Shown here: positions 42,097 to 51,962 of the stretch, piece by piece
Numbering within the stretch: the first letter of the stretch is position 1
Layout of the letters: every line of letters starts with the position of its first letter
DNA from: Candidatus Poribacteria bacterium
GTDB lineage: Bacteria; Poribacteria; WGA-4E; PCPOR2b
Assembly: GCA_965208675.1 (NCBI GenBank)
Contig: OZ242351.1
Span: 3,232,001 to 3,296,000 of the forward strand
DNA length: 64,000 nucleotides
Direction: 5' to 3'
Made by a program: the position numbers and the translations under genes
Notes under the pieces: model-generated
Databases searched by the model: none
Told to the model about the DNA's origin: nothing
The model's input: only the letters and a program-made list of their open reading frames with translations

Positions 42097-42891
42097 CTAC
42101 ACTTTGTCGAGATGACTTGAAAACTTACGGTCACGACGGCCAACCCAGTATCCAATAATGATTCCAATGATGAATCCAACAAAAATAAGAACCACAAAGG
42201 TTTGAATTGTAAAATCTAAAGTCATAGTCCACTCCTTACTTTCTTCAACTTTTGTTTTAAGGGTTACGCAAAAGGCTATTACCAAATATACAAAGAACAT
42301 CGCCCCCCGAAGACGTTGGTGTTTCAATAAGCTTTTGCAACTTTTTCTGCGATACCTCAAATGCGAATCAAAACCTAGAATTTCCTCAATCTGGTGAATC
42401 CGCGAGAAGCGAATTTCAAATCTCCTTTTTGAGATTAAAGATGATAGGTACCAGTAGGTTATAAGCACCAACCCGCCGGTAACCCCCAATAGCTCTGGAG
42501 CGGGGTCCTTCAAATATGGTAACGTAAGTGCGACAATAGAGAGAGGCAGCAAAACAGCCGTCCATTTTGAGATCCAGTCATCATCCTGTCTCCAACAAAC
42601 ACCAAGTTCTTTATATTCTTCTAACAACCGATTTTCAACTTGGCAATCTAATTTTCTCAGCAGCGAATATAGACGCTCAATAGTAAAATTGGCTAATTTT
42701 TCAGTTTTGAGTTCTTCGAATCTGCATTCGCTCAGTTCCAAAAAGGCCGCCGCGTCACTATCGTTCATTTCGCGGCTGTCGATCAGGCAATTTATCCTTG
42801 ACGCCAGAAAATGTTTGGTCGATTGTTCATTCGAGTCGTTGGTACGCAACTCTTTGCAATCTTGTATGATGTTGCTTCTACGTTTTGCCAT
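42097..42891 (-). CDS. XRE-like HTH fused to a multi-pass membrane domain
   Basis: LASRINCLI..AAAFLEL..NFTIERLYSLLRKL (HTH), then LEEYK..WR..[TM][TM]..IHQIEEILG..[TM][TM]. Confidence 0.6.
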   Translation of the reverse strand: MAKRRSNIIQDCKELRTNDSNEQSTKHFLASRINCLIDSREMNDSDAAAFLELSECRFEELKTEKLANFTIERLYSLLRKLDCQVENRLLEEYKELGVCWRQDDDWISKWTAVLLPLSIVALTLPYLKDPAPELLGVTGGLVLITYWYLSSLISKRRFEIRFSRIHQIEEILGFDSHLRYRRKSCKSLLKHQRLRGAMFFVYLVIAFCVTLKTKVEESKEWTMTLDFTIQTFVVLIFVGFIIGIIIGYWVGRRDRKFSSHLDKV

Positions 42892-43037
42892 GATTTTGCT
42901 CTGAGAAGTTATTTCGGTTTCTAGCCTTGTATATCGCGACTTTCTAGCTAATTACAAAACAAATTCCGCCGTGAATAACGTAGAATTAGGTTTGACTACG
43001 TTATATTCACCTTACACTAGGCGGCCACCTCAATGAT

Positions 43038-43655
43038 TTATTGTTCGCGTTGACTTGGTTGTCGTTGCTTCGATCTCCAATAAAAATAAAAGTATGTCAG
43101 GTGTGGAGTATTGCCGATTAAAAAACCTATGAATAGGTCCCAACTGAACCCATAGTACCTAAACGCAAATGTTATGTATAGAAAAATCCAAAAGATCCAT
43201 ATTGAAAGAAAGATGCGATTATAAATTGTGTGCCGCCATATTGAAAGACGAGCGTTTTTACGGAAGGCGAAATTGATTTCCCGGGTAAAAGGAACCCCAC
43301 TCATAAATAGAGATGAGAGTTCCTTCTCCAGTGCTAGAATGTAGTCATACTGGCGTTCGATTAGATTCCAAAGTTGCCAATACCTGTGACTAAGGATGAA
43401 AACGATGAATATAGGTAGTAATAAAACGTGAAGGACATTTAGGACAATTTCAACGCCTAATTTCTTGGAAAGCAACTTAGATATAGCACCAGTAGTTTCG
43501 TCTGGAAAGAATTGAAATACATACATTACGGCTAAAACAGCTAATAAAAAAAGCATCAATCGGTCACGTTGCTTCCGATAGCGAATTAGATGTGAAAATG
43601 TGTCCTTGTAATGGTCATTGAGGATTTCTATTTTCTTATCATTTGATGCAAACAT
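43038..43655 (-). CDS. Small multi-pass membrane protein
   Basis: About 4 hydrophobic segments; HYKDTF..R..RDR[TM]..IERQYDYILALEKEL. Confidence 0.75.
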   Translation of the reverse strand: MFASNDKKIEILNDHYKDTFSHLIRYRKQRDRLMLFLLAVLAVMYVFQFFPDETTGAISKLLSKKLGVEIVLNVLHVLLLPIFIVFILSHRYWQLWNLIERQYDYILALEKELSSLFMSGVPFTREINFAFRKNARLSIWRHTIYNRIFLSIWIFWIFLYITFAFRYYGFSWDLFIGFLIGNTPHLTYFYFYWRSKQRQPSQREQ

Positions 43656-43945
43656 ATGCCCAGCCCTGCCGCTACAATCGGCCTTTCACGTATTTTGCGC
43701 CAAGGATAGCGTTTGATTTTTCTCTTTCCGATTTCTACCGTATGGATGGATGTTCAGGGGTAAAATGTTGTGCTTACAACGATAATGTGCCCGTACGGCA
43801 AACATGTTCGAGTGCTATATGATCGGCTCATCGTCGGACACGGGCACTTCTATGTCGCACAAATACAAAATGCCCCGGTAATTCAAGGTTGGTTTTGTCA
43901 CGCGGATATCGCCTTACTCCAACAATCCCAAATCGCTTTAATCGC

Positions 43946-44671
43946 TCAGAAGTCTTTCTCGTCGGGTATATCCTCAATGGCATGGGCGCGCATACCTTTG
44001 CGTAGGTATGCTATACTTCGACTCAGTTGACCAAGAATTTTCTTCGGCTTAAAGTGGATGGTATGAGTGAAATCTGAAATTGCATTTTCATTATCGCCTT
44101 TAGAAAAGTAGATTAATCCTCGGCAGAAGTGGGCAGACGCGCTGTCTGGTTTTAGTTGGATCATTTGAGTAAGGTCAGCAATAGCGTTGTCGTGGTCGCC
44201 TTTGGCCAAATACACTAGGGCACGCCAGAGATGGGCATACGTTTCGTTCGGGTTCAACTGCAAAACCTGGGTAAAATCACAGATTGCGCTATCATCATCA
44301 CAGGTGCGGAAGTATGCCATTCCGCGATTGATGTGGGCGTCTGAAAATCCTACGTTCTGATCTATCGCCTTACTGAAATCTGCGATTGCGCCGTCATCGT
44401 CACCGTTTTCATAGAAAACCGACCCGCGAGCCAAATATGCACGCATAAGATATTCGGGCACTTTTGGGTTAGAGGAGTCAATTTCCATTAATTTGTTGAA
44501 ATCATCTATTGCCGAGGTATATGCGCTTTCGCGGAAATGAAACATCCCACGATTGCGATACGCATTGGCATCATTTGGGTTTTCAGCTATTGCTTGATTC
44601 CAGTATCCGAGAGCTTCATCTCGCGATGCTCTATAGCCCTTCGAAGATTTCACGTTTATTTCCTTTCTCAT
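43946..44671 (-). CDS. TPR-repeat protein
   Basis: Repeated AY.NRG..AI.DF..AI units. Confidence 0.88.
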   Translation of the reverse strand: MRKEINVKSSKGYRASRDEALGYWNQAIAENPNDANAYRNRGMFHFRESAYTSAIDDFNKLMEIDSSNPKVPEYLMRAYLARGSVFYENGDDDGAIADFSKAIDQNVGFSDAHINRGMAYFRTCDDDSAICDFTQVLQLNPNETYAHLWRALVYLAKGDHDNAIADLTQMIQLKPDSASAHFCRGLIYFSKGDNENAISDFTHTIHFKPKKILGQLSRSIAYLRKGMRAHAIEDIPDEKDF

Positions 44672-45057
44672 TACAGATAAAATATTTATCCAACCCCTGA
44701 CTGACTAGTGTTCAATTCCACCTCTGAGAATCCCGCAATCGTCGGATTAGGCTTACTTGTTGACGGGCGCCTATGAAAGAAGGATCTCAACACTCCAATT
44801 TGACCGCTCGCTATTCAAATTATTGGTGTGACTCCAGTGCAGAGGTGTTATAGCTCATTATTCCGATTAGTTGGCTGATAGGCCTTTTCCCCCAAATATA
44901 TGCAACAATCAATGACGTTATCCCAGAAGATCTACCGTCGTGAAAAAATTTATTGGTCTCCCCGTCTTTCCTGTTCCAATCTCAATCTTCACCATGCAAA
45001 ACATGATTGGCTTTCGACAATATACGAAGTCAAGTCCCAAGCCGTTAGTGGCGCTGT

Positions 45058-48024
45058 TTACAGCACAACCTTCGACTTCTTCCCACCGTGAATACTGGGT
45101 TCGGCACACAACCGCTCGCGGAGGTGATGCAAGCCCGTATGCACCTCCGGATGTGCAGTCTCAGATATTCCAAGGACCTCCGATAACAACCGTCGATCTA
45201 GTTCCTGACGCACCATATCTTCGTACATCTGATTGAATGGAAGCATCTTTTTGTGCTTCATCTCCTCAAATATTCTCTCGGCATTTTGCAATGCGTACTG
45301 ATCCAATTGACTCACATCCAACGTTGGCATTGACCGCAAAAGCGTTAAACGTATTGCCCCTCTACCTGCATGTACTCTGTTACAGCGCATCCAGTAATTC
45401 AATAAGCCCAGGGTTGAGTTACCCCACAATGCAAAGGCGTAATCGTGTGACGGGTTGCCAAACATGACATTGGGTAATAAGCGGATACCGATTGAAGGTT
45501 TCTCTGTGAATAGCACAGATAATGAATTCGAATTAAAACGTAATCCTATATTCAAGTGGATGCGGCTATTCCTGTCTAATATCCGTTGGGCTTTTTCCCA
45601 ATAATCGGGACGAATGTCGCCGTGTGAATCCGGTTGGACCACCATAGCACGTTGTATATCTGAATTGACGTGCCATAAGCCCGGATACGTATCTGTATCG
45701 GAGCAGCCAACTTCCATATCAAATGCCCCACGCGCCCCTTTAATCATTGTTTCGTCAAAACTAGTGGACGCAATTTTCTCAACAGTGCAGGTTGGGATTT
45801 CAAAAGGGGCGCGCTGCTCTGGTAACCAAATACACCCATTTGCCAAATGGTAGGCCGATTGCATTAACGCAAGCTCGCCAATGCAAGAGGTTGTCCATAT
45901 CTTATCCAACGGACAATTTAACGCAGACCCGACTATTTCATCCCCCACCTTGATGTGATTCCCACCAATCGGCGGATCTTCGAGCTTTCTGACTCCCTGA
46001 AGACTCTGAATCTGCTTACCTGTTTCAACCGCCTCTAAGTGGCTATTTGGCCGGCGGTGGAGACAGACAAATGTTCCACGGCCAGTGTTTTCCGTTGCGC
46101 CTTTTATTGCAACGACGAGGCATTCCGCCATGGCGGTATCGGCAGAAAATGCGCAGTTATCCGTTTTTTGATCGGCAATCGTAACTACGGTAACGTTATG
46201 ATAAGTAGAAGCCCATAGGTCACGTACCCTCTGCCAGTCTGGAGAAGTCAATACAGTGAGGGGAAGCACAAACCCCATCGTGGGCGGCCACATGGTGGTA
46301 TTTTCCTTCCCATTTTTTAACATTCGATCCGCAAGGTCAACGAAGTAAGAACCAAGCCCTGCATTACTATGTGCAATTGAGGTTTTTATACTTCGAAGCG
46401 CAGCTTTCATTTCTCGGGCAACATCTTCATTCCTATCTCCGAACACAGTCTTTGGAATATCAGGATTTTGCGAACTGGTGTCTGCTCCCGTCCGCGTAAA
46501 GGGCGGATTATCGACAATAATGTCAAACTCACGGTGCCGAAACTCGGGTTCAGGTGTGTCGCGATCGTCACCCTGAATTCGCTTCGAACGAAAATACACT
46601 TTCGCACGATCTAACTCTAATGGATTCGTCTCCTCCGGGTTTTCGAGTAGATCCAATGCTCCTATCGAAAATTGTCCATCGCGTCTTTGGGTGCCGTATT
46701 CCATAGTATGGATGCGGGTCTTCCCGATTTTTACATCCGGGTAGGTACTGGCTATAATCGAAGCAGTGAGGTGGCTGGCATTCGGCATGATGTCAGCCCC
46801 TAAGAGGTTATTCTCTACCATTTGCCGGTGAATATCCTTACCGCTGCCACCAGCCTGTTCATGGAGTGCTAATATTCGCTGGTAAAGCCCGTTTAGTAGC
46901 GCTCCAGTGCCGCAAGCAAAATCGGCAACCTTCGGGAAAGTGCGTAACCCACCATTCAGAGAAGGCTGTTGGTCGGGTAAGACGAGACCAGAAAGCAGGG
47001 CAACGGATTCGGGGCGCGTGTAGTTCGCCTTGATGAATCTGCGGTCGACAATCAACCGTTGGAAGACTATTCCTGCTAACTCATGTACCTGTTCTAGACG
47101 CCGCGTGATTAGTCTTTGGGCAGTGTCACGCAAAATGCGCAACACCTGGCCGACTAACGCATCATCTGTTGCGAGCACCTCCTCGGTTAGACGATACGCA
47201 ACATCAAAAATTGGACGGTAGTTAACCCGAATAACAGCTTTCCAAGCGTTCAAGACTTCATTGACGCTAAGTTGCTCAGCAACAGTTTGAAGTTGACTAA
47301 GGGAGGGTACCTCTTCCATTTCCGGGGTGCCAGCGAGGGCGCTCTGAAACACAAAGGCATTGGTAATTATTAACATCGCCATCCGATAGGTCTGTTTGCC
47401 TGCTTTTTGGTAAAGAATACCCTCAATGGTTTCTGCGATGCGACTACGTGACTCTGCGGTTTCGGCGAGAAGGGATGCGGCTTCATTTACGCCGCGTTCT
47501 AAATCCTCCGCGGCTTCGGAAACTTTGGAAACGGGAATTGCACCGATTCGGAGCGCAGCGGCAACGTCACCAATATTTCCAGCGATCCAACCGTTTTTGG
47601 GAAAACGGTGCGGATTGGTAATACGGTGAAGATCGTCTATGCTAAAGAGGGCGTACCGGAAGTCATCGGCACGGCGGAGTGCGCCGGAGATTTCCGCGGT
47701 ACTAAGTTTACGAAATCGATAGGGGACTCGTAACGACATTGCGGTTTTTAGCATTTCAAAAGGTGCCACATATTCTCCGAGACGTCCTTTCGCTTGTTCT
47801 TCCCCATCCAAATTTGCCGTATGTGCATAGTCAATTTTTACCTCTATGACTATTGGTTCTCTACCGGTTTCAAATACAGTTATATCGGGGCGTTTGGTTT
47901 CGAGCAGCAATGGCAACTGGGGTTCTACTTTCCAGGTATTTCTACGCTCGCGCAATATATCTGCTATGTAGGTCGTGATGGTGTCTTCAGCCTGCATATC
48001 CTTTATCCCTTGATCACTATCCAC
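45058..48024 (-). CDS. Type IIG/IIC-like single-chain restriction endonuclease-N6-adenine methyltransferase
   Basis: N-terminal RPDIT..IEVK (PD-(D/E)xK), motif I DFACGTG, motif IV DNPPF, C-terminal TRD-like region. Confidence 0.85.
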   Translation of the reverse strand: MDSDQGIKDMQAEDTITTYIADILRERRNTWKVEPQLPLLLETKRPDITVFETGREPIVIEVKIDYAHTANLDGEEQAKGRLGEYVAPFEMLKTAMSLRVPYRFRKLSTAEISGALRRADDFRYALFSIDDLHRITNPHRFPKNGWIAGNIGDVAAALRIGAIPVSKVSEAAEDLERGVNEAASLLAETAESRSRIAETIEGILYQKAGKQTYRMAMLIITNAFVFQSALAGTPEMEEVPSLSQLQTVAEQLSVNEVLNAWKAVIRVNYRPIFDVAYRLTEEVLATDDALVGQVLRILRDTAQRLITRRLEQVHELAGIVFQRLIVDRRFIKANYTRPESVALLSGLVLPDQQPSLNGGLRTFPKVADFACGTGALLNGLYQRILALHEQAGGSGKDIHRQMVENNLLGADIMPNASHLTASIIASTYPDVKIGKTRIHTMEYGTQRRDGQFSIGALDLLENPEETNPLELDRAKVYFRSKRIQGDDRDTPEPEFRHREFDIIVDNPPFTRTGADTSSQNPDIPKTVFGDRNEDVAREMKAALRSIKTSIAHSNAGLGSYFVDLADRMLKNGKENTTMWPPTMGFVLPLTVLTSPDWQRVRDLWASTYHNVTVVTIADQKTDNCAFSADTAMAECLVVAIKGATENTGRGTFVCLHRRPNSHLEAVETGKQIQSLQGVRKLEDPPIGGNHIKVGDEIVGSALNCPLDKIWTTSCIGELALMQSAYHLANGCIWLPEQRAPFEIPTCTVEKIASTSFDETMIKGARGAFDMEVGCSDTDTYPGLWHVNSDIQRAMVVQPDSHGDIRPDYWEKAQRILDRNSRIHLNIGLRFNSNSLSVLFTEKPSIGIRLLPNVMFGNPSHDYAFALWGNSTLGLLNYWMRCNRVHAGRGAIRLTLLRSMPTLDVSQLDQYALQNAERIFEEMKHKKMLPFNQMYEDMVRQELDRRLLSEVLGISETAHPEVHTGLHHLRERLCAEPSIHGGKKSKVVL

Positions 48025-48654
48025 TCACCGGTCAACGAGCCACGCCACTGTTGAGAACTTTTTTCATCATTGCATAATTTCATCCGCACTGTCAAGAGTT
48101 TAATACGGCACTGCGGGCTAAGTGGTTGCAATAGAAACTCATCGTACGTGATGATTTACTCGACGCAAAATTAGGTTTGCTGAACGTGATGCAATCACAT
48201 TTTTGTGTAATGTTTTAGGCGAAAAGTGAAACCGTCGCCCATTGGCGTTTCGGCGGATTTATTGTGTTCACATTATTGTGTAATCGCCCCTCACTTCTAT
48301 CTTGAATTACCGACCTAGAATCGTTTTGGCTGCCATCTTTCGGGAATAATTCAGCAAGAATTACACTGAGTTGCTTTTTTTTCTTGACTAGGAAATATAT
48401 ACATAGTATTATTTAGTTAAGTAATATAGATGATGTGTTTAGGATTGCAGATAATTTTGATTGTATGTTTTTCAATGGAGAAGTTTGATAATCGCTTAAA
48501 TCACATTAAGGTCAAAAGCGTGGACATTACTTACCCCCATCCTTTGGAAAGAGGTGAATGACATTAAAGGCAAGAAACTTGTCCAATTCGGTCCATTTTA
48601 AACGCCCGCGAAAATTAGCAATACACCTCGTGTGACTCGGGCTCTGGAATTAGG

Positions 48655-48725
48655 AGAAAACTATCGCCTTCCCTAATCGCTCAGTTGATCATTGGGTTGT
48701 CCCCGTTGGTTTAACCCAACCTACA
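48655..48725. repeat. REP-like element
   Basis: AAACTATCGCC..CGCTCAGTTGATC..AACCCAACCTAC, shared with 34070-34125 and 50468-50700. Confidence 0.65.
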
Positions 48726-48771
48726 AATCCATAAAATTCGTTTTATTTTAAACGGATGATTCACAGAGTTA

Positions 48772-48856
48772 TGCCGTAGAACCCGCACCGGGTATGGATT
48801 TACAGTACACCACAATCGGTAATTCAGATAAACCAATTTCTTATAAAATTGTAACA
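48772..48856 (+). repeat. 85-bp direct repeat, copy 1 (copy 2 at 50792-50876)
   Basis: Ungapped manual alignment with 75/85 identity. Confidence 0.85.
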
Positions 48857-48874
48857 TTTTAGGGGGTATCTTCC

Positions 48875-49414
48875 ATGAAGTTAGCAGAAAAACATAAACA
48901 GTTCGTCGTAAAACGCTTCGCAAGATTCATGAAAGTCCAAGATATTGTTGGCGAATTCACGGAGGAGTTTGAGGATGATTTATACGGAATTTTCGGTGAG
49001 TTCACCACAGAAATGCAACAACGGCGCCGTCTGTCGGCATTGTTTCGCCGATTAAACATAATTCACTCCCAATTCCCGGAAAAGTATAGGCAGCTATTCA
49101 ATGAGGAACGAGAAAAATTCCTTGCCGATTACCGCGACACTTCGCTTCACATTCCAGACAACGTGACACGCGAGTTAGAAGCGCTTTACGGGTTGACGCG
49201 TGAACTTGCCTATGAACAGCGAGATGCCAAATTCATTACCATCGCGTTGCAGATACTCAAAACTATCGTTGCGTGCAATGCTGTCAACGCACGAGAGGAG
49301 CTAATTGAAATTACTCCCGAGGACGCGAAGCAGCTCGCAACCTCAGCCAAAACCCTCGCCGGTCAGGTGAAAAAGGAAACCCGACGATTGGAAAACATGG
49401 CAAACCAGAACTGA
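48875..49414 (+). CDS. DUF2280-like (phage-type HTH) hypothetical protein
   Basis: KL..KHKQFVV..FA.F..QDIV..EEF and KYRQLFNEEREKF recall DUF2280. Confidence 0.45.
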   Translation: MKLAEKHKQFVVKRFARFMKVQDIVGEFTEEFEDDLYGIFGEFTTEMQQRRRLSALFRRLNIIHSQFPEKYRQLFNEEREKFLADYRDTSLHIPDNVTRELEALYGLTRELAYEQRDAKFITIALQILKTIVACNAVNAREELIEITPEDAKQLATSAKTLAGQVKKETRRLENMANQN

Positions 49415-49564
49415 ATCAAACGTAGCTTTTGTAGGTTGGGGGAGAGACAATTCCAAAGCCGTTCTCGTGGAGATAACCGCTCCGAATGCTCTACGATTAC
49501 CTTTGCAGGATATGCGTTGTTGACTTGGATACATGAAGAAAACAACTTGCAGAAAGGCGAAACA

Positions 49565-49987
49565 ATGAAAGAGCGATTACCAATCGGCAAGGTCAGTTAC
49601 CGAATTACCGTTAATTTGGAAATACAGCCGGAGGGTTGTTATATGGTAACCTGTGAAGAATTACCCGAATTATTAACTCAGGGCGATACTATTGAAGAAG
49701 CACTACACCATACCTTAGATGCTTTTATGGCGACAATAGAGCTGTATGAAGATGTTGGAAAAGAGATACCAGGCAATATCATTTATCCGAATGAACCTAG
49801 CAATCCTCCAAAAGTGTCTGTCCCTGCATTATCAGGCAACAAATGGACACAGACCGACTTAGCTAATCTATTTAAGACGAAAACGCCGGAAAGTAAACCA
49901 CCTGGAGATTCTACACCTTCTTACGTTTTTGAAGCAATAGTGCCCAATCTTTCTGATGAGATACCGAGAAATTTCCACGAGGCTTAG
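49565..49987 (+). CDS. HicB-family antitoxin
   Basis: YMVTCEELPELLTQGDTIEEAL; ATG 49565 after AGAAAGG. Confidence 0.8.
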   Translation: MKERLPIGKVSYRITVNLEIQPEGCYMVTCEELPELLTQGDTIEEALHHTLDAFMATIELYEDVGKEIPGNIIYPNEPSNPPKVSVPALSGNKWTQTDLANLFKTKTPESKPPGDSTPSYVFEAIVPNLSDEIPRNFHEA

Positions 49988-50162
49988 ATATGTCGCGGCA
50001 AAGATTTCAAGGTAGATAAAGCCAAAAATTACATCATTCAGATATCCTATGAAGCCAAGCATCAGGGTTATGCTCAGCCCGAACCTTCGTCTTGGTTCCC
50101 TACTTCATAGGATTTTTTTTCCAATTAAACAAAAATATGGTGTAGGGGCAACTCTAATTTAG
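49956..50162 (+). pseudogene. Degenerate HicA-like toxin
   Basis: MRYREISTRLR...TAG(50013)...NLRLGSLLHRI; HicA-sized frame overlapping the hicB end, with no GSH motif. Confidence 0.45.
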
Positions 50163-50467
50163 GCGGCAAATATGCGTAGTTACGCGTATTATTGTTTCTC
50201 AAATTCAAACGGTGTCAAATAACCTAACGCCGAAACGTACGCGAATTGCTGCTAGCGTTGGACATACGTAGTATCGCCTCCCCAAACTCCACAGCGCTTG
50301 ATCCATAGCGATACAGTATCCGTCCGTTCGGTGACGCGATAATTCCAACCCATGTCTTGCGGATATAACCGCTCCGATTGCCTTATGATTAGCTTTGCTG
50401 AATACGCGGAGCGAAACCCGACCTACAAAAACTTCATGACAAATGCGGGGCAAAGGGTAAACTATTA

Positions 50468-51060
50468 GGAAGACTATCGCCCTCTCTATTCGGTCGGTTG
50501 ATCCTTCGCTATTCAGTCAGTTGATCCCCGCCTACTGCAATAAATTGACCCCCTCTAGCTCCCCCTTCTCAAGGGGGAGGATTTGCTAGAGAAAACTATC
50601 GCCTGCGCTGTTCGGTCGGTTTACCCGTCGCTATTCGCTCAGTTGATCCCCGCCTACTACATAAACTTGATTGGTCGTTTGATCGCTCGACCCAACCTGC
50701 AAAAGCAGCGCTAATGATTGAAGCGTATTTGAGGGAAATTCCTTCCAAAATTCGTAAAGTTCTTTTTTTTGACGGACAATCAGCAAATTTGTGCCATAGA
50801 ACCCGCACCACGTATGGGTTTACAGTACGCCACAATTGCTAATTCAGGCAAACCAGTTTCTTATAAAATTGTAACAATTTTTGGATTTTCGGAGGTTTTA
50901 AAAGCGTTGGGTTACGCTCTGCAAATTATTTCGACGTCACGGTAATGGAATTGGGACGATGTTCGTTCGCAAAAGCGGTATGGTAACTACCCGCTCAACC
51001 CAACCTACAAAAGCTAGAGAAAAGCTATAGAGCTCAGTTGATTGCGCAACGCAACCTACA
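50468..51060. repeat. Cluster of REP-like units at the right edge of the island
   Basis: Repeated ACTATCGCC, CAGTTGATC and CCCAACCTAC; GAGGTTTTAAAAGCGTTGGGTTACGC is identical to the copy near 34046. Confidence 0.7.
50792..50876 (+). repeat. 85-bp direct repeat, copy 2
   Basis: See 48772-48856. Confidence 0.85.
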
Positions 51061-51592
51061 AAAATTTACGCGAACGGAATGTGGTTTCACCGAACAGGGA
51101 GAGTTGGCCGCCGGTCAGACGATTGATGATTTCAGCTTGGGACTGGGGTGCGTCGTTTTCGTCAATGTGGACTACCGGTATCTCGCCGTCAGTTAGGGTT
51201 GCGCCAATCAACTTGCTGCGGTGGCACGTCTCCGGTTTTCCCTCGCTGCACATGACGGCTATGCGTTGTTGTTGAGAGAAAGTGGTTTGGAGACGGATGA
51301 TTCCGTCGGCGTAAAATTGCGTCGCTTTTACCATCTCGTAATCCACAACCCCGTTCACGTAACAGTTTTCATCGTCGGGATGACCGCCGAGCGTATCGCC
51401 CATGAACATATAGCGTATATTGTGTTGCTGCAATGCCTCCGCCAGCTCCGCTTTGGAAAACTCCGGCTTGTAGCGCGAATAAGGCGTCGAACGTACATCG
51501 ACGAGGTATTCAATTTCATACCGCTGCAATACCTCGACAAACTGTTCAAAGGTGCGGCTTCCGTAACCGATGGTGTAAATCGGAATAGTCAT
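51056..51592 (-). CDS. DUF488 family protein
   Basis: IYTIGY, LVDVRS.PYS, LGG, MCSE..PETCHRS. Confidence 0.88.
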   Translation of the reverse strand: MTIPIYTIGYGSRTFEQFVEVLQRYEIEYLVDVRSTPYSRYKPEFSKAELAEALQQHNIRYMFMGDTLGGHPDDENCYVNGVVDYEMVKATQFYADGIIRLQTTFSQQQRIAVMCSEGKPETCHRSKLIGATLTDGEIPVVHIDENDAPQSQAEIINRLTGGQLSLFGETTFRSRKFL

Positions 51593-51772
51593 GACCTTCA
51601 GGCGAAATTAAATGATTATACGATTAGTCTAATGCCGCATCGTTAGGCAATGTCGATAATATAGCCATTTTAGCAGAACGCCGAAGTTGTATCAACCCAT
51701 TTCCAGCTTTAAACCTGTATGGATGAATTTACATGTTACTTGGCACATAGGCAGTTGTACGCTCAAGGCATA

Positions 51773-51872
51773 GTAGCAGCCACACGCCGTGTGCCGTAAT
51801 TTGCAGGGATTGCCTTGATAATAGATGACGGCATGGTGAGGAGGGATACGGCCTACGGAGTATGCCTACTAC
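51773..51872. repeat. Inverted pair of GTAG REP-like units
   Basis: GTAGCAGCCACACGCCGTGTGCCGTA ... TACGGCCTACGGAGTATGCCTACTAC. Confidence 0.6.
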
Positions 51873-51962
51873 CATTGAATCCCGTTGACTGCACTCTGTA
51901 TACCTGATATAATAACCGGGGTATGTGGGCGCAGTGTAAACACAACAACATGGAGGGGTTGG

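Noticed and set aside
34183-48024. Integron cassette array
   Set aside because: Genes are co-oriented, but no intI and no clear RYYYAAC...GTTRRRY attC sites were found
48050-48650. Possible ncRNA or hidden gene in the long AT-rich gap
   Set aside because: Only short TTGTGTAAT/ACATTA-type repeats and promoter-like hexamers; no supportable structure or ORF
49436-49564. N-terminal extension of HicB in the ORF track
   Set aside because: Overlaps repeat DNA; ATG 49565 has an RBS and begins the HicB-like domain
50468-51060. Possible CRISPR array among the repeated units
   Set aside because: Units are degenerate, irregularly spaced and in both orientations, with GTAG/CTAC ends typical of REP-like repeats
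51885-51962. N-terminal extension of fadD
   Set aside because: The RBS GGAGGGG sits just before ATG 51963/51966
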